Assembly (NCBI GenBank): GCA_943367585.1
Contig: CALRJP020000015.1
Span: 17,965 to 81,964 of the forward strand
Source of the DNA: Rhizobium sp. Q54
GTDB lineage: Bacteria > Cyanobacteriota > Cyanobacteriia > PCC-6307 > Cyanobiaceae
Length of the DNA: 64,000 nucleotides
Direction of reading: 5' to 3'
Part shown: positions 30,479 to 41,444 of the stretch, in pieces
Position numbering within the stretch: the stretch's first letter is position 1
How the letters are laid out: each line of letters opens with the position of its first letter
Program-made: the position numbers and the translations under genes
The notes under the pieces: model-generated
What the model was told of the DNA's origin: nothing
Databases searched by the model: none
What the model saw: the letters and a program-made list of their open reading frames with translations, nothing else

Positions 30479-30597
30479 CGGCGAAATCTAGGGGTCACCG
30501 TGCCAGGGTCCGTTCGGTCTCCCCCCGTCCACAGCCGCTGCCCTGGCGAGCGAAACTGTCACCAGCGAATCGCCGGCCCATTCCCGCCCTCACCCCC

Positions 30598-31755
30598 TTG
30601 CCGCCGGCTCCCGCTCCCACCCGGAGCCCGGCCCCGCCGGCCGCCCCCAACAGGGCGAAGCGCCGCTCCCGGCGGAAGCTCTGGATCGGCCTGGCGGTGG
30701 GGCTGGCCCTGCTGGCGTCCGCCGGGATCTGGCAACGGCAACGGATGCAGGCCGGTCGCGACCTGGCCCCCTTCACGGTGGTGGCTCGGGAAGGATCCCT
30801 CCCCGGGGTCATCACCGCCAGCGGTGAACTGGATGCCGTCCAGCGGGTGAACGTCAGCCCCAAGCGGCAGGGCATCCTGCTGCAGCTGCTGGTCGACGAA
30901 GGCGACACGGTGCGCAAGGGCCAGCCCCTGGCGCTGATGGATGACGGCGACCTGCGCGACCGGTTGATGGAACTGCAGGCCAACGTGCAATCGGCGGAAG
31001 CGGAGCAGCGCCGCAGCGACAGCGAGCTGCGGCGCAACGAACCCCTCTTCCGCCAGGGGGCAATCAGCCTCGACACCATGAATCGCTTCCGCTCCGAGGC
31101 GGAGGTGCGGCGTCTGGCCACCTCCGCGGCCCGGCAACGGCTTCGGCAGCGGATGGTGGAGAAGAACGAGCTGATCGTGCGGGCCCCCTTCGACGGGGTG
31201 ATCAGCCAGCGCTACGCCGAGCCCGGCGCCTTCGTGACCCCCACCACCACCGCTTCGGCCACCGCCGGCGCGACCAGCTCCTCGATCGTGGAGCTCTCCG
31301 AGGGCCTGGAGGTGGTGGCCAAGGTGCCCGAGAGCGACATCGGCCGGCTGAAGGTGGGGCTGCCCGCCAGCGTGCGGGTCGATGCCTTCCCGGACCGTCG
31401 TTTCCAGGCCCGGGTGCGCCAGATCGCCCCCCGGGCGGTGAAGACCAACAACGTCACCTCCTTCGAGGTGAAGCTCCAGCTGGTCGATCCGGCCCCGGAA
31501 CTGCGCATCGGCATGACCGCCGACATCGACTTCCAGACCGGCACCCTCCAGGCCAGGACCGTGGTGCCCACCGTGGCGATCGTCACCGAGGACGGCCGCC
31601 CCGGGGTGCTGCTGGTGGGCAAGGGTCAGGAACCGACGTTCCAGCCGGTGGAGCTGGGGGCCAGCAGCGGCAAGGACACCCAGATCTTGACGGGGCTGGA
31701 GAGCGGCACCAGGGTGTTCATCGATCTGCCCCCCTGGGCCAAGAAGCGTCCCTAG
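30598..31755 (+). CDS. efflux transporter periplasmic adaptor (HlyD/MFP family)
   Basis: N-terminal anchor, a coiled-coil hairpin region and beta-barrel motifs (VRAPFDGVI). The start codon is TTG. Confidence 0.82.
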   Translation: MPPAPAPTRSPAPPAAPNRAKRRSRRKLWIGLAVGLALLASAGIWQRQRMQAGRDLAPFTVVAREGSLPGVITASGELDAVQRVNVSPKRQGILLQLLVDEGDTVRKGQPLALMDDGDLRDRLMELQANVQSAEAEQRRSDSELRRNEPLFRQGAISLDTMNRFRSEAEVRRLATSAARQRLRQRMVEKNELIVRAPFDGVISQRYAEPGAFVTPTTTASATAGATSSSIVELSEGLEVVAKVPESDIGRLKVGLPASVRVDAFPDRRFQARVRQIAPRAVKTNNVTSFEVKLQLVDPAPELRIGMTADIDFQTGTLQARTVVPTVAIVTEDGRPGVLLVGKGQEPTFQPVELGASSGKDTQILTGLESGTRVFIDLPPWAKKRP

Positions 31756-32873
31756 GCGGCGCTGACGCCCAGGTAACGGCGCGCCGCCTCCACAATCCGG
31801 CCGCTGGCCGCGCCGTCGCCGAAGGGGTTGTGGGCATGGGCCATGGCCTGGTAGGCCTCCTGATCGTCGAGCAGGCGGCTGCCCTCCTCCAGAATCGCCC
31901 CGCTGTCGGTGCCGATGAGCTTCGCGGTGCCGGCCGCCACCGCCTCGGGCCGCTCGGTGGTGCGGCGCAGCACCAGCACGGGTTTGCCCAGGGCAGGCGC
32001 TTCCTCCTGCAGTCCGCCGGAATCGGTGAGCAGCAGGGTGCAGCCGCGCATCGCCGCCACCAGCCGGTCGTAATCGAGGGGTTCGGTGAGGAAGGCGCGG
32101 GGATGGGAGCCGAGCAGGGCCTGCAGGGGTTCCCGCACCGTGGGGTTGCGGTGCAGCGGCAGCAGCAGGGCGGTGTCCGGGAAGCGCTCCAGCAGGGCCA
32201 GGAAGCCCTGGCCGATGTCGAGCAGCCGCTCGCCCCAGTTCTCGCGGCGGTGCACCGTGGCCAGCAGCACCCGCTGGTTCTGCCAGTCGAGCCCGGGCAG
32301 GTCCCAGTCGGGGGCGGTGCGGGCCATCAGCAGCAGGGCATCGATCACCGTGTTGCCGGTGGTGAGGATCTCGCCCACCACCCCCGAGGCCTTCAGGTTC
32401 GCCGCCGACTGGGCCGTGGGGGCGAAATGGAGGCGGGCCAGCTGGGAGATCAGGCGCCGGTTGGCCTCCTCGGGGAAAGGATCCAACAGGTCGTCGGTGC
32501 GCAGGCCGGCCTCCACATGGCCGACGGGAATCTGCTCGTAGAAGGCCGCCAGGGCACTGGCGAAGGCGGTGGTGGTGTCGCCCTGCACCAGCACCAGATC
32601 GGGCCGGTTCGCCTCGAACTCCTGCTTGAGCCCCTGCAGGGCCGCGCAGGTGACGTGGGTGAGGGTCTGTTTCGGCGCCATCAAGGCCAGGTCGTGGTCG
32701 GCGCTCAGGCCGAACAGCCGCATCACCTGGGTGACCATCTCGCGGTGCTGCCCCGTCAGCACCACCCGGGTGCGGAACTCCTGGGCCCGCTGAAACGCCA
32801 GGATCACCGGCGCCAGCTTGATGGCCTCCGGGCGCGTGCCCAGAACGATGCTGACCAGGGGCTGTGGAGACAC
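31752..32873 (-). CDS. wecB: UDP-N-acetylglucosamine 2-epimerase (non-hydrolysing)
   Basis: VSIVLGTRPEAIKLAPV, HVEAGLRT and DSGGLQEEAP motifs. GTG 32873 is preferred over track start 32972. Confidence 0.9.
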   Translation of the reverse strand: MSPQPLVSIVLGTRPEAIKLAPVILAFQRAQEFRTRVVLTGQHREMVTQVMRLFGLSADHDLALMAPKQTLTHVTCAALQGLKQEFEANRPDLVLVQGDTTTAFASALAAFYEQIPVGHVEAGLRTDDLLDPFPEEANRRLISQLARLHFAPTAQSAANLKASGVVGEILTTGNTVIDALLLMARTAPDWDLPGLDWQNQRVLLATVHRRENWGERLLDIGQGFLALLERFPDTALLLPLHRNPTVREPLQALLGSHPRAFLTEPLDYDRLVAAMRGCTLLLTDSGGLQEEAPALGKPVLVLRRTTERPEAVAAGTAKLIGTDSGAILEEGSRLLDDQEAYQAMAHAHNPFGDGAASGRIVEAARRYLGVSAA

Positions 32874-32891
32874 GGGCCGAAGCGGGTCCGG

Positions 32892-32981
32892 TGATCCTAG
32901 GGAGCCCCTGAATCGCCCCTTCCCCAAGCCCCTGGCCCCCCGCCGCTGTTGTTCAACTCCTGGAATCCACACCTAGGATCA
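32892..32981. repeat. 10-bp perfect inverted repeat pair in the wecB-pilT divergent spacer
   Basis: TGATCCTAGG (32892-32901) and CCTAGGATCA (32972-32981), separated by 70 nt. Confidence 0.85.
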
Positions 32982-33022
32982 GATCCGATCAGCGAACCCT
33001 CCAACTGGATCGTCGATCCGTT

Positions 33023-34192
33023 TTGCAGCCTTCTTCCATGCCCCAGGCGCCACCACCACCCCCACCTGTGGGTCTCCATCCGTCGGTGGCGGCCCGTGCG
33101 TCCCAGCCCCCGATGGCCGCTGATGGGGAGAGGCCACCAAGCCTCGAACAGATCGTCAGGGTGGCCTTCGATCGCAACTTCTCCGACGTTCACCTCGGTG
33201 TGGGAGAACTGCCCAGATTCCGCCACCGTGGCGACATGATTCTGGCGGGCCTGGGTGTGACCGATGCCAGCACCTTCCGGGACTGGCTGCGGGAAATCAT
33301 GGAGCCCGCCCAGATCGACCGCTTCGTGCAGCAGAAGGAGCACGACGGATCGTTCGCCTTCGGTTTCGTTCGGGTGCGGATCAACCTGCTCGAATCCCTG
33401 CAGGGTCCGGCGATGGTGCTGCGGCTGATTCCGCAAAGCGTTCCCACCATCGATGAGCTGAACCTGCCCCAGGTGCTGAAGGATCTGGCCCAGCGGCCGA
33501 AGGGCATGCTCCTTGTCACCGGACCCACCGGATCAGGCAAAAGCACGACGCTGGCGGCCATGATCGACCACATCAACCGCACCATGAAGCGGCACATCCT
33601 CACCATCGAGGATCCGGTGGAATTCGTGCATCAGAGCCGCGAGTCCCTGATCCGCCAGAGGGAGCTGGGCACCCACACCAAATACTTCAAAACGGCCCTG
33701 CGGGCGGCGCTGCGGGAGGATCCCGATGTGATCCTGGTGGGGGAAATCCGCGATCAGGACACCCTCACCACCGCCATCGAAGCCTCCCAGACCGGTCACC
33801 TCCTGCTGGGCACCCTGCACACCAACTCGGCCGTGCGCTCCGTCGAGCGGATGCTGGGGATGTATCCCCCCGATGAGCAGGAGATCGTGCGGCGTTCCGT
33901 GGCCGATTCCCTGCTGGGGGTGATCTCCCAGGGCCTGATCAAGACGGTGGATGGCAAGCGGGCGTCCTACCACGATGTCTTCATCAACACCGATGCCTGC
34001 AAGGACTACATCCTGAGGGCGAATCTCGATGAGATCGAAGCGATCATGGCCCGCAGTGGCTTCGACGGCATGATCACCGCCAACCAATACCTGGCCAACC
34101 TGGTTTCCGCCGGCAAGGTGGACCCCGAAGAGGCCCTCGGCGCCAGCCTCCGGCCGGGAGAGCTGGCCCAGACCCTCCGGGGGCGGACCTGA
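33023..34192 (+). CDS. pilT: type IV pilus retraction ATPase PilT family
   Basis: Walker A GPTGSGKSTT, Walker B/Asp box ILVGEIRD and His box GHLLLGTLHTN. The exact start among the N-terminal Met codons is uncertain. Confidence 0.88.
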   Translation: MQPSSMPQAPPPPPPVGLHPSVAARASQPPMAADGERPPSLEQIVRVAFDRNFSDVHLGVGELPRFRHRGDMILAGLGVTDASTFRDWLREIMEPAQIDRFVQQKEHDGSFAFGFVRVRINLLESLQGPAMVLRLIPQSVPTIDELNLPQVLKDLAQRPKGMLLVTGPTGSGKSTTLAAMIDHINRTMKRHILTIEDPVEFVHQSRESLIRQRELGTHTKYFKTALRAALREDPDVILVGEIRDQDTLTTAIEASQTGHLLLGTLHTNSAVRSVERMLGMYPPDEQEIVRRSVADSLLGVISQGLIKTVDGKRASYHDVFINTDACKDYILRANLDEIEAIMARSGFDGMITANQYLANLVSAGKVDPEEALGASLRPGELAQTLRGRT

Positions 34193-34195
34193 CCC

Positions 34196-34393
34196 TCAGC
34201 CCCCGGCCAGCCGCACCAGCAGCAGCACGCCCAGTCCCACGGACAGCCCGAGCATGGCCAGGCGGCCATTCCAGATCTCGGCCTGGGGTGTGAAACCGCG
34301 ACGCCAGGCGTTGAGTTCCTGCTGGGACACGGGTTCCGTGTCGATGAGGGAGGTTTCGCCCTGCTCAATGGGCAGGGGATTCGCGGGGGCCAT
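34196..34393 (-). CDS. hli: high light inducible protein (one-helix CAB-like)
   Basis: AEIWNGRLAMLGLSVG chlorophyll-binding motif, 65 aa. Confidence 0.9.
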   Translation of the reverse strand: MAPANPLPIEQGETSLIDTEPVSQQELNAWRRGFTPQAEIWNGRLAMLGLSVGLGVLLLVRLAGG

Positions 34394-34432
34394 GGGGCCA
34401 GATGTTAAGGCGATCCACCCACCTTAAGGGCA

Positions 34433-35488
34433 TCAAAAGGGTGGCTGTGGCGCATAGAGGCTGCCGGCCTGCTCCAGGGGGAGCCGGGCCGCGACCCCCA
34501 GGCCGATCCCGCTGCGCCCACCGGCATCGAATCGCTCGATCGCCGCCAGGCCCACCATGGCGGCGTTGTCGGTGCAGTAGGCCAGCGGTGCGACCCGCCA
34601 GGCGAGGCCCCGGGCGGTGGTGGCCTCGGCCATCAGACGCCGCAGGCGTCGGTTGGCGGCCACCCCCCCCACCAGCACGATGGTCTGGAGGCCGGCCTCG
34701 ACGGCGCAACGGCAGCTGCGTTCCACCAGCACCTCGGCCACCACCTGCTCGAAGCTGGCCGCCAGGTCGGCCACCGGCAGGCAACCCCCTTCGCTGCCGA
34801 GGGTCTGCACCTGGCGGAGCACCGCCGTCTTGAGGCCGCTGAAACTGAAGTCGTAGGGGTGGAAGCCCCCCTGGGGAAGCGAGACCCGTCCCTTGGGAAA
34901 GCGGAAACGGGCCGGATCCCCCTCCAGTGCGGCCGCCTCGATCGCCGGCCCACCCGGATAGCCCAGGCCGAGCAGGCGGGCCACCTTGTCGAAGCACTCC
35001 CCGGCGGCATCGTCCCGGCTGCGGCCCAGGCGGAGATAGCGGCCAGGGGCCTCGACCCGCACCAGCTCGGTGTGACCGCCGCTCACGAGCAACACCAGGT
35101 AGGGCCCCTCCGGCAGCGGCTCACCCAGGTGCACCGAGCAGAGATGGCCCTCCAGGTGGTGCACCCCCAGGAAGGGTTTGGCATGCAGCCGCGCCAGGGT
35201 GCGCGCCGTCACCGACCCCACCAGCAGGGCCCCCGCCAGGCCGGGGGCGACCGTGGCGGCGATGGCGTCGAGGTCGGCCATGGCCAGACCGCTCTCCTCC
35301 AGCACCCGGGCGATCAGGCCGGGCAACGCCTCCACATGGCGGCGGGAGGCGATCTCCGGCACCACCCCGCCCCAGCGGGCGTGCTCCTCCATCTGGGAGG
35401 CGACGGCCCCCGCCAGCACCCGCCGTCCGGACACGATCGCCGCCGCCGACTCGTCACAACTTGTTTCGAGGGCCAGAACCGTGCTCAT
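34433..35488 (-). CDS. tsaD: tRNA N6-adenosine threonylcarbamoyltransferase
   Basis: [24 protein letters not shown] and a Kae1/TsaD fold throughout. Confidence 0.95.
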   Translation of the reverse strand: MSTVLALETSCDESAAAIVSGRRVLAGAVASQMEEHARWGGVVPEIASRRHVEALPGLIARVLEESGLAMADLDAIAATVAPGLAGALLVGSVTARTLARLHAKPFLGVHHLEGHLCSVHLGEPLPEGPYLVLLVSGGHTELVRVEAPGRYLRLGRSRDDAAGECFDKVARLLGLGYPGGPAIEAAALEGDPARFRFPKGRVSLPQGGFHPYDFSFSGLKTAVLRQVQTLGSEGGCLPVADLAASFEQVVAEVLVERSCRCAVEAGLQTIVLVGGVAANRRLRRLMAEATTARGLAWRVAPLAYCTDNAAMVGLAAIERFDAGGRSGIGLGVAARLPLEQAGSLYAPQPPF

Positions 35489-35561
35489 GCTCCCCGGAGG
35501 GCTCCCCTACTGTCCGCACGAGCCATCCTGCCCCGCGGCAGTTCCCCCGCGGCCCCTCTCC

Positions 35562-36071
35562 ATGCGCCGTCTTCTCTCCAGTCGTTCCTTCGCCATCAGG
35601 GCCTTCGCCCTGGTGGCGTCCGTGTTCCTGCTCTTCGGCTTCGCCCCCTCGGCCCGGGCCGACATCGGCGGACTCACCCCCTGCAGCGAGACCCCCCGCT
35701 TCCAGCAGCGCGCCGCAGCAGCCAGCACGGACCAGGCCAAGGCCCGGTTCGCGTACTACAGCCAGTCCCTCTGCGGCACCGATGGCCTGCCCCACCTGAT
35801 CACGGACGGCCGCTGGAGCCACGCCGGTGACTTCACGATCCCGGGCCTCCTCTTTCTGTACATCGCCGGCACGATCGGCTGGGCCGGCCGTGGCTACCTG
35901 ATCGCCATCCGCGGCAGCAAGGACGCCACCATGCGTGAGATCCAGATCGATCTGCCCCTGGCGTTCAAAACCACCCTCGCCGCCGCTGTCTGGCCCCTGG
36001 CGGCCCTGAAGGAATTCACCAGCGGAGCCATGGTGGAATCCGACTCCAAAGTGACCGTTTCCCCCCGCTGA
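35562..36071 (+). CDS. psaF: photosystem I reaction centre subunit III
   Basis: Uses internal ATG 35562 of track ORF 35178... The mature N-terminus is [17 protein letters not shown], followed by a typical PsaF sequence. Confidence 0.95.
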   Translation: MRRLLSSRSFAIRAFALVASVFLLFGFAPSARADIGGLTPCSETPRFQQRAAAASTDQAKARFAYYSQSLCGTDGLPHLITDGRWSHAGDFTIPGLLFLYIAGTIGWAGRGYLIAIRGSKDATMREIQIDLPLAFKTTLAAAVWPLAALKEFTSGAMVESDSKVTVSPR

Positions 36072-36082
36072 TTGCTAGATCC

Positions 36083-36199
36083 ATGAAGAAATTCCTCACC
36101 ACCGCACCCGTCGTGGCCGCCGTCTGGTTCACCCTGACGGCAGGCATCACGATCGAAGTCTTCCGCTTCTTCCCCGATCTGATCATCCATCCCCTCTGA
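36083..36199 (+). CDS. psaJ: photosystem I reaction centre subunit IX (38 aa)
   Basis: Hand translation gives [38 protein letters not shown]. It lies immediately downstream of psaF and is below the ORF-track cutoff. Confidence 0.9.
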   Translation: MKKFLTTAPVVAAVWFTLTAGITIEVFRFFPDLIIHPL

Positions 36200-36230
36200 A
36201 GCCTGCAGAAGGGCTGATCCCATTCCCCCG

Positions 36231-36256
36231 GCGGCCCTTGGACGGGCCGCTTTTTT
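36231..36256 (+). terminator. rho-independent terminator after psaF-psaJ
   Basis: GCGGCCC-ttggac-GGGCCGC followed by TTTTTT (36251-36256). Confidence 0.75.
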
Positions 36257-36324
36257 GTGGCTGCTGCTCCCCACCCGGGCCTGCGGTCCGCGGGGGCTTC
36301 AGCCGTGGACGATCGGCTGGGGTA

Positions 36325-36900
36325 TCAGGCGGCGTCGCCCCATCCCAGCAGCCGCTCCAGCTCCTGCAGGGCCAGATCAAGGTCGCCGTTGACCAGCACC
36401 GCATCAAACTCGGCGTCGGCCTCCAGCTCCACCCGGGCCCGGGCCAGGCGCTTCTGGATCGCCTCCTCGGCGTCGGTGCCCCGGCCCCGGATGCGGCGCT
36501 CCAGTTCCTCAAAGCTGGGCGGCTTGATCAGCAGCTGGAAGGCCGCCGGGAAGGTGCGACGCACCTGGCGGGCCCCCTCCAGCTCGATCTCGAGCAGCAC
36601 CGGCCGGCCCTGGGCGAGGTGCTCCTCCACCGGTCCGCGCGGGGTGCCGTACAGGTGCCCCGCGAAGGAGGCCCACTCCAGGAAGCCGTCGCTGGCGATG
36701 CGCTGCTCGAAATCGGAGCGCGTCAGGAAAAAGTAATGCTGGCCATCGATCTCACCGGCGCGGGGCAATCGGGTGGTGGCCGACACCGACAGCCAGAGTC
36801 CCGGATGGCGCTGCAGGAGCCGGGCCACCAGGGTGCCCTTGCCCACGCCACTGGGGCCGGTGATCACCGTGAGCCGACCGGGGGAGGGTGGGGATGGCAT
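36325..36900 (-). CDS. gmk: guanylate kinase
   Basis: Uses internal ATG 36900 of track ORF 36325..37443. Has P-loop GPSGVGKGT and the [17 protein letters not shown] motif, 191 aa. Confidence 0.93.
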   Translation of the reverse strand: MPSPPSPGRLTVITGPSGVGKGTLVARLLQRHPGLWLSVSATTRLPRAGEIDGQHYFFLTRSDFEQRIASDGFLEWASFAGHLYGTPRGPVEEHLAQGRPVLLEIELEGARQVRRTFPAAFQLLIKPPSFEELERRIRGRGTDAEEAIQKRLARARVELEADAEFDAVLVNGDLDLALQELERLLGWGDAA

Positions 36901-36952
36901 GGATCGCTGGCGCTGGGGCGCACAGTAGGGGTGCACCGCATCGGAAGCGCTC

Positions 36953-38665
36953 GTGGAGGCGATGGCCCCATCCCTGCCCATCCAGGCCATGGATGTGACC
37001 AGCCTGCGCGCCGTGCTGGTCGAGATGCGCCGCGGCCTGCTGCCCAGTCGCTTCGAGAAGGCCCAGCAGCCCGATGCCCATCGGCTGCAGCTGGGCCTGC
37101 GCAGCCTGCGGGGAACCCTCTGGCTCGACCTCAGCTGGCTGGCGGAGGCGCCACGGCTGCTGGCCATCGCCCCGCCCCCGCGGCTGGGGGAGGGCAGCAC
37201 CCTGGCCCAGCAGCTGCAGCACGGGCTGCGGGGTCTGGCCCTGGTGAGCCTGGAGCAGCAGGGGTGGGAGCGGGTGGTGGCCCTGGGCTTCGCCCCCCGG
37301 CCCGGGGAGCCGGTCACCCGGCAACTGGTGCTCGAGGTGATGGGGCGCCACAGCAACCTGTTTCTGCTGGACGAGCATGGCCGGGTGATCACCCTGGCCC
37401 GCCAGGTCCGCCAGGACCGGTCCCGTCTGCGGCCGATCGGCACCGGCGACGCCTACCTGCCGCCGCCGCCCATGGCCGGGGAAGCCCCCAGGCTCCAGGA
37501 GGATTTCACCGCCTGGCAACGGCGCCTCAGCCTGCTGCCCCAGACGGTGGGCCAGGCGCTGATGGGCGCCTACCAGGGGGTCGGCCCGGCCCTGGCCCGC
37601 CAGCTGGCGGCCCCCTGGCTGCAGGTGCCGGTGCAGACCCTGGAGGCCGAGCCATGGCAGCAGCTCTGGCGGCGCTGGCGCCTCTGGCTGGAAACGGTGG
37701 AGCAGGAGCGGTTCGCCCTGGGCTGGGGCGGCCCCAGCGACTACCGCTGCTGGGACTCCGGGGACCCGGCCCCCGCCGCCGACGACTGGGCGATCAACCG
37801 GGGACTGGCGGGCTACTACGACGATCGGCTGGGGCGTCGGGGGCTGGAGCAGCGGCGGGCCAGCCTGCGGCAGCGCCTCCGGAACGCGGCGGTCCGGGAG
37901 CGACGCAACGCCGAGCAGCAGGAGGCCCTGCTGGCGGCGGTGCCCGGCAGTGACGCCATGCAGCGCCGGGCCGATGGCCTGCTGAGCCAGCCGGCACCCT
38001 CCCGGGACGCGATCGACGAAGCCCAGCGCCTCTACCGCCAGGCCCGCAAGCTGCGCCGTTCCGTGGCCGCGATCACCCCCCGGCTGGAACTGCATCAGCA
38101 GCGGCTGGCCGCCATCGAAACCAGCCTCACCTTCCTGGAGCAGGCGGAGAACGACGGCCAGCTCACCGCCGTCGAGGAGGACCTGCCGGCCCTGCTCCCC
38201 TCGCGGGACAGCCCGGGGGCGGGGCCCTCCCGGCGGGCGCGACGGGGACCGGCCGGCAGCGCTCCCACCCCTCTGGAGCTGCGCAGCAGTGGGGGCCTGC
38301 GGTTGCAGGTGGGCCGCAACCATCGCCAGAACGAGTGGATCAGCCTGCAGCAGGCCCGGCGCGGTGATCTCTGGTTCCATGCCCAGGAGTGCCCGGGCAG
38401 CCATGTGGTGCTCAAGGCCTCGGAGGGCACCCCCAGCGACGAGGACCTGCGGGAGGCGGCCGACCTGGCGGCCCACTTCAGCCGGGGTCGGGCCAATGGC
38501 CGGGTGCCGGTGGTGATGGTGCCCACCGGGGATCTGCAGCGCATCGCCGGCGCCGGCCCGGGCACCGTGCGCCACCGCGGCGGCACGGTGCTGTGGGCGG
38601 TGCCCGAGCGGGCCGCTGGACTCCTGGCGGAGCCCCCTAGGCTGCCGACGACGGAACGGCCATGA
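36953..38665 (+). CDS. NFACT-family protein (FbpA/RqcH-like, with DUF814)
   Basis: NFACT-N-like N-terminus, a long coiled coil and a C-terminal DUF814-like segment (GSHVVLKA...). The start could be a later Met (for example MDVTSL at 36983). Confidence 0.75.
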   Translation: MEAMAPSLPIQAMDVTSLRAVLVEMRRGLLPSRFEKAQQPDAHRLQLGLRSLRGTLWLDLSWLAEAPRLLAIAPPPRLGEGSTLAQQLQHGLRGLALVSLEQQGWERVVALGFAPRPGEPVTRQLVLEVMGRHSNLFLLDEHGRVITLARQVRQDRSRLRPIGTGDAYLPPPPMAGEAPRLQEDFTAWQRRLSLLPQTVGQALMGAYQGVGPALARQLAAPWLQVPVQTLEAEPWQQLWRRWRLWLETVEQERFALGWGGPSDYRCWDSGDPAPAADDWAINRGLAGYYDDRLGRRGLEQRRASLRQRLRNAAVRERRNAEQQEALLAAVPGSDAMQRRADGLLSQPAPSRDAIDEAQRLYRQARKLRRSVAAITPRLELHQQRLAAIETSLTFLEQAENDGQLTAVEEDLPALLPSRDSPGAGPSRRARRGPAGSAPTPLELRSSGGLRLQVGRNHRQNEWISLQQARRGDLWFHAQECPGSHVVLKASEGTPSDEDLREAADLAAHFSRGRANGRVPVVMVPTGDLQRIAGAGPGTVRHRGGTVLWAVPERAAGLLAEPPRLPTTERP

Positions 38666-39420
38666 GCGACTCCATCCCCGAGGACAATTTCCCCGGCGAG
38701 GTGCAGATGAGCCTGGTGGAGCACCTTGAGGAGCTCCGCCGGCGCGTGCTGCGCAGCCTGCTGGCGGTGGTGGTCGGTGCCGCCGTCTGCCTGGTGGGGG
38801 TGCGCCCGCTCGTGAAGCTGCTGGAGGTGCCGGCCGAGGGCATCCGCTTCCTGCAGCTGGCCCCGGGGGAGTTCCTGTTCGTGTCGTTGAAGGTGGCGGG
38901 CTACGCGGGGCTCACCCTGGCCCTGCCCTACGTGCTCTTCGAGACCCTGGCCTTCGTGCTTCCCGGGCTGAGCCGGCGGGAGCGGCGGCTGGTGGCCCCC
39001 GCCGTCGCCGGCTCCACGGTGCTCTTCGCCGCCGGTCTGGCCTTCGCCTGGTGGGCCCTGGTGCCGGCGGCCCTGCGCTTCCTGGTGTCCTACGGCGCCG
39101 ATGTGGTCGAACCGATCTGGTCGATCGAGCGCTACCTCGACTTCGTGCTGCTGTTGATGGTGGCCACGGCCCTGGCCTTCCAGCTGCCGGTGCTGCAGTT
39201 GCTGCTGGGCGCCCTCGGGCTGATCGACTGGCGCACGATGCTGGGCGCCTGGCGCTGGGTGGTGCTGGCGGCGGCCCTGGCCGGGGCGGTGCTGACGCCC
39301 TCCACCGACCCGATCACCATGCTGCTGCTCACCGGGGCGATCACGGCCCTGTACCTGCTGGGGGTGGCGCTGGTGGCCCTGGCCGAAGGGCTGCGGCCCA
39401 CCCCCTCGGCCTCCACCTGA
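38662..39420 (+). CDS. tatC: twin-arginine translocase subunit TatC
   Basis: LVEHLEELRRRV N-terminus and six TM segments. An ATGA overlap joins it to the upstream gene. Confidence 0.92.
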   Translation: MSDSIPEDNFPGEVQMSLVEHLEELRRRVLRSLLAVVVGAAVCLVGVRPLVKLLEVPAEGIRFLQLAPGEFLFVSLKVAGYAGLTLALPYVLFETLAFVLPGLSRRERRLVAPAVAGSTVLFAAGLAFAWWALVPAALRFLVSYGADVVEPIWSIERYLDFVLLLMVATALAFQLPVLQLLLGALGLIDWRTMLGAWRWVVLAAALAGAVLTPSTDPITMLLLTGAITALYLLGVALVALAEGLRPTPSAST

Positions 39421-39429
39421 GCCGCCGGC

Positions 39430-39786
39430 TCAGAGCATGAATTCGCTGGCCCGCCCCGCCGGCAGCTCCAGGGGCAGGGAGAGGGCCTTGCCCAGCCTGG
39501 GCCTGTCGGTGGTGGTCTGGAGCCAGTGGCGCACCTGGGCGGCCACCCCCAGGCCATTGAGGGAGCCCACCAGCTCCTCGAGGTGTTCCCCATAGGCCTG
39601 GGGCGTGAGCGGGAAGGACTGCTGCTCGAGGTAGCCCCACATCACATGCAGATACAGGCGTCCGCGGCGCTGGACCAGCTGCAGGTCGTAGGTGGCCTGC
39701 CAGCGCTCCCGCAGCAACGCGACCAGTTCCTCCCGGCGAAGCGGCTCAGCTGGGGTCATGGCGGCAGGGGCACTCCACAACAGCAT
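39430..39786 (-). CDS. conserved cyanobacterial hypothetical protein (DUF3067-like)
   Basis: LRERWQATYDLQLVQRRGRLYLHVMWGYLEQQSFPL. The family name is from memory. The alternative ATG is at 39759. Confidence 0.55.
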   Translation of the reverse strand: MLLWSAPAAMTPAEPLRREELVALLRERWQATYDLQLVQRRGRLYLHVMWGYLEQQSFPLTPQAYGEHLEELVGSLNGLGVAAQVRHWLQTTTDRPRLGKALSLPLELPAGRASEFML

Positions 39787-39886
39787 GTTGCAGCCGGCCT
39801 GCGGCGGGTGCGGCTCGGACCCGGCCTGGGAAGGGCAAGGTTCATAATGGGCGCCACGTCAATTCGGTCACACCGCGCCGTTCCCT

Positions 39887-40444
39887 ATGACCCAGATTCC
39901 TGCGGCCTCCTCGAACGGCGGTGGTGCTGATGTCCCCGGGATGGGCCGTCGGCAGTTCATGAACCTGCTGACCTTCGGCTCCGTCACAGGGGTGGCCCTG
40001 GGTGCCCTCTACCCGGTGGTGAACTACTTCATCCCGCCGAAGGCCGCCGGCAGCGGTGGCGGTGTCACCGCGAAGGACGAGCTGGGCAACAGCGTCACCG
40101 CCACCGGCTGGCTGGCCACCCACAAGGAAGGCGACCGAAGCCTGGTGCAGGGTCTCAAAGGGGACCCCACCTACCTGCTGGTCGAGGGTGGCGAGGCCAT
40201 CGGCGACTACGGCATCAACGCCATCTGCACCCACCTCGGCTGTGTGGTGCCCTGGAACAGCGGCGCCAACCGGTTCATCTGCCCCTGCCACGGCAGCCAG
40301 TACGACGCCACCGGCAAGGTGGTACGCGGCCCTGCCCCCCTCTCCCTGGCCCTGGCCCACGTCAGCGTCGAGAACGACAACGTGTTCCTCAGCCAGTGGA
40401 CCGAAACCGACTTCCGCACCGGCGAGAAGGCCTGGTGGGCGTGA
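39887..40444 (+). CDS. petC: cytochrome b6f Rieske iron-sulfur subunit
   Basis: [10 protein letters not shown] and CPCHGSQYD cluster-binding boxes, plus an N-terminal TM helix. Confidence 0.97.
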   Translation: MTQIPAASSNGGGADVPGMGRRQFMNLLTFGSVTGVALGALYPVVNYFIPPKAAGSGGGVTAKDELGNSVTATGWLATHKEGDRSLVQGLKGDPTYLLVEGGEAIGDYGINAICTHLGCVVPWNSGANRFICPCHGSQYDATGKVVRGPAPLSLALAHVSVENDNVFLSQWTETDFRTGEKAWWA

Positions 40445-40502
40445 TCGGCGCCTGATTCCCCCTCCCCCGCTTTCCTCCCCGACGCCCGCCACTCCCACCC
40501 CC

Positions 40503-41444
40503 ATGCGCCGCTTCCTCTCCTCCCTGTTCGGCACCCTCCTCACCCTCAGCCTTTCGGTGGGCGTGCTGCTCCTGGGGGCCAGCCCCAGCTGGGCCTACCC
40601 CTTCTGGGCCCAGCAGAACTACGCCACCCCGCGTGAAGCCACCGGCAAGATCGTCTGTGCCAACTGTCACCTGGCCAAGAAGGCCACCCGGGTGGAAGTG
40701 CCCCAGGCCGTCTTCCCCGACACGGTCTTCAAGGCGGTGGTCGAGATCCCCTACGACACCTCGGTGCAGCAGGTCTCCGGCAACGGCAGCCCCGCTGGCC
40801 TCAACGTCGGCGCCGTGGTGATGCTTCCCGATGGCTTCACCCTGGCCCCCCAGGACCGCCTCAGCGATGAACTCAAGGAGGAAACGGCCGGCGTCTACTT
40901 CACCCAGTACAGCGACGACCAACCCAACATCCTTCTGGTGGGCCCTCTCCCCGGTGACCAGCACCAGGAAATCGTCTTCCCGATCCTCTCCCCCGACCCC
41001 GCCACCGACAGCGCCATCCACTTCGGCAAGTACCAGGTGCATGTCGGTGCGAACCGGGGACGCGGCCAGGTGACCCCGGAAGGCGAGAAGACCAACAACA
41101 CCGTCTACACCGCACCTGCGGCCGGAACCGTCAGCGCCATCACCGCCGGTGACAACGGCACCACCGTGGTGGAGATCACCGGGGCCAGCGGCGCCATCAC
41201 CGAGACCGTCCCCGCCGGACCCAGCCTGACCGTGGCCGTGGGCGATGTGGTGGAGGCCGGTGCCCCCATCACCAACGATCCCAACGTGGGTGGCTTCGGC
41301 CAGATCGACGCCGAGGTGGTGCTGCAGAACCCCGTGCGCATCTACGGCCTGCTGGCCTTCTTCGCCGCCGTGGCCCTGGCCCAGATCATGCTGGTGCTCA
41401 AGAAGCGCCAGGTCGAGAAGGTCCAGGCGGCGGAGGGCTTCTGA
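40503..41444 (+). CDS. petA: apocytochrome f
   Basis: Uses internal ATG 40503. The mature N-terminus is YPFWAQQNY, with heme site CANCHLA and a C-terminal anchor. Confidence 0.97.
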   Translation: MRRFLSSLFGTLLTLSLSVGVLLLGASPSWAYPFWAQQNYATPREATGKIVCANCHLAKKATRVEVPQAVFPDTVFKAVVEIPYDTSVQQVSGNGSPAGLNVGAVVMLPDGFTLAPQDRLSDELKEETAGVYFTQYSDDQPNILLVGPLPGDQHQEIVFPILSPDPATDSAIHFGKYQVHVGANRGRGQVTPEGEKTNNTVYTAPAAGTVSAITAGDNGTTVVEITGASGAITETVPAGPSLTVAVGDVVEAGAPITNDPNVGGFGQIDAEVVLQNPVRIYGLLAFFAAVALAQIMLVLKKRQVEKVQAAEGF

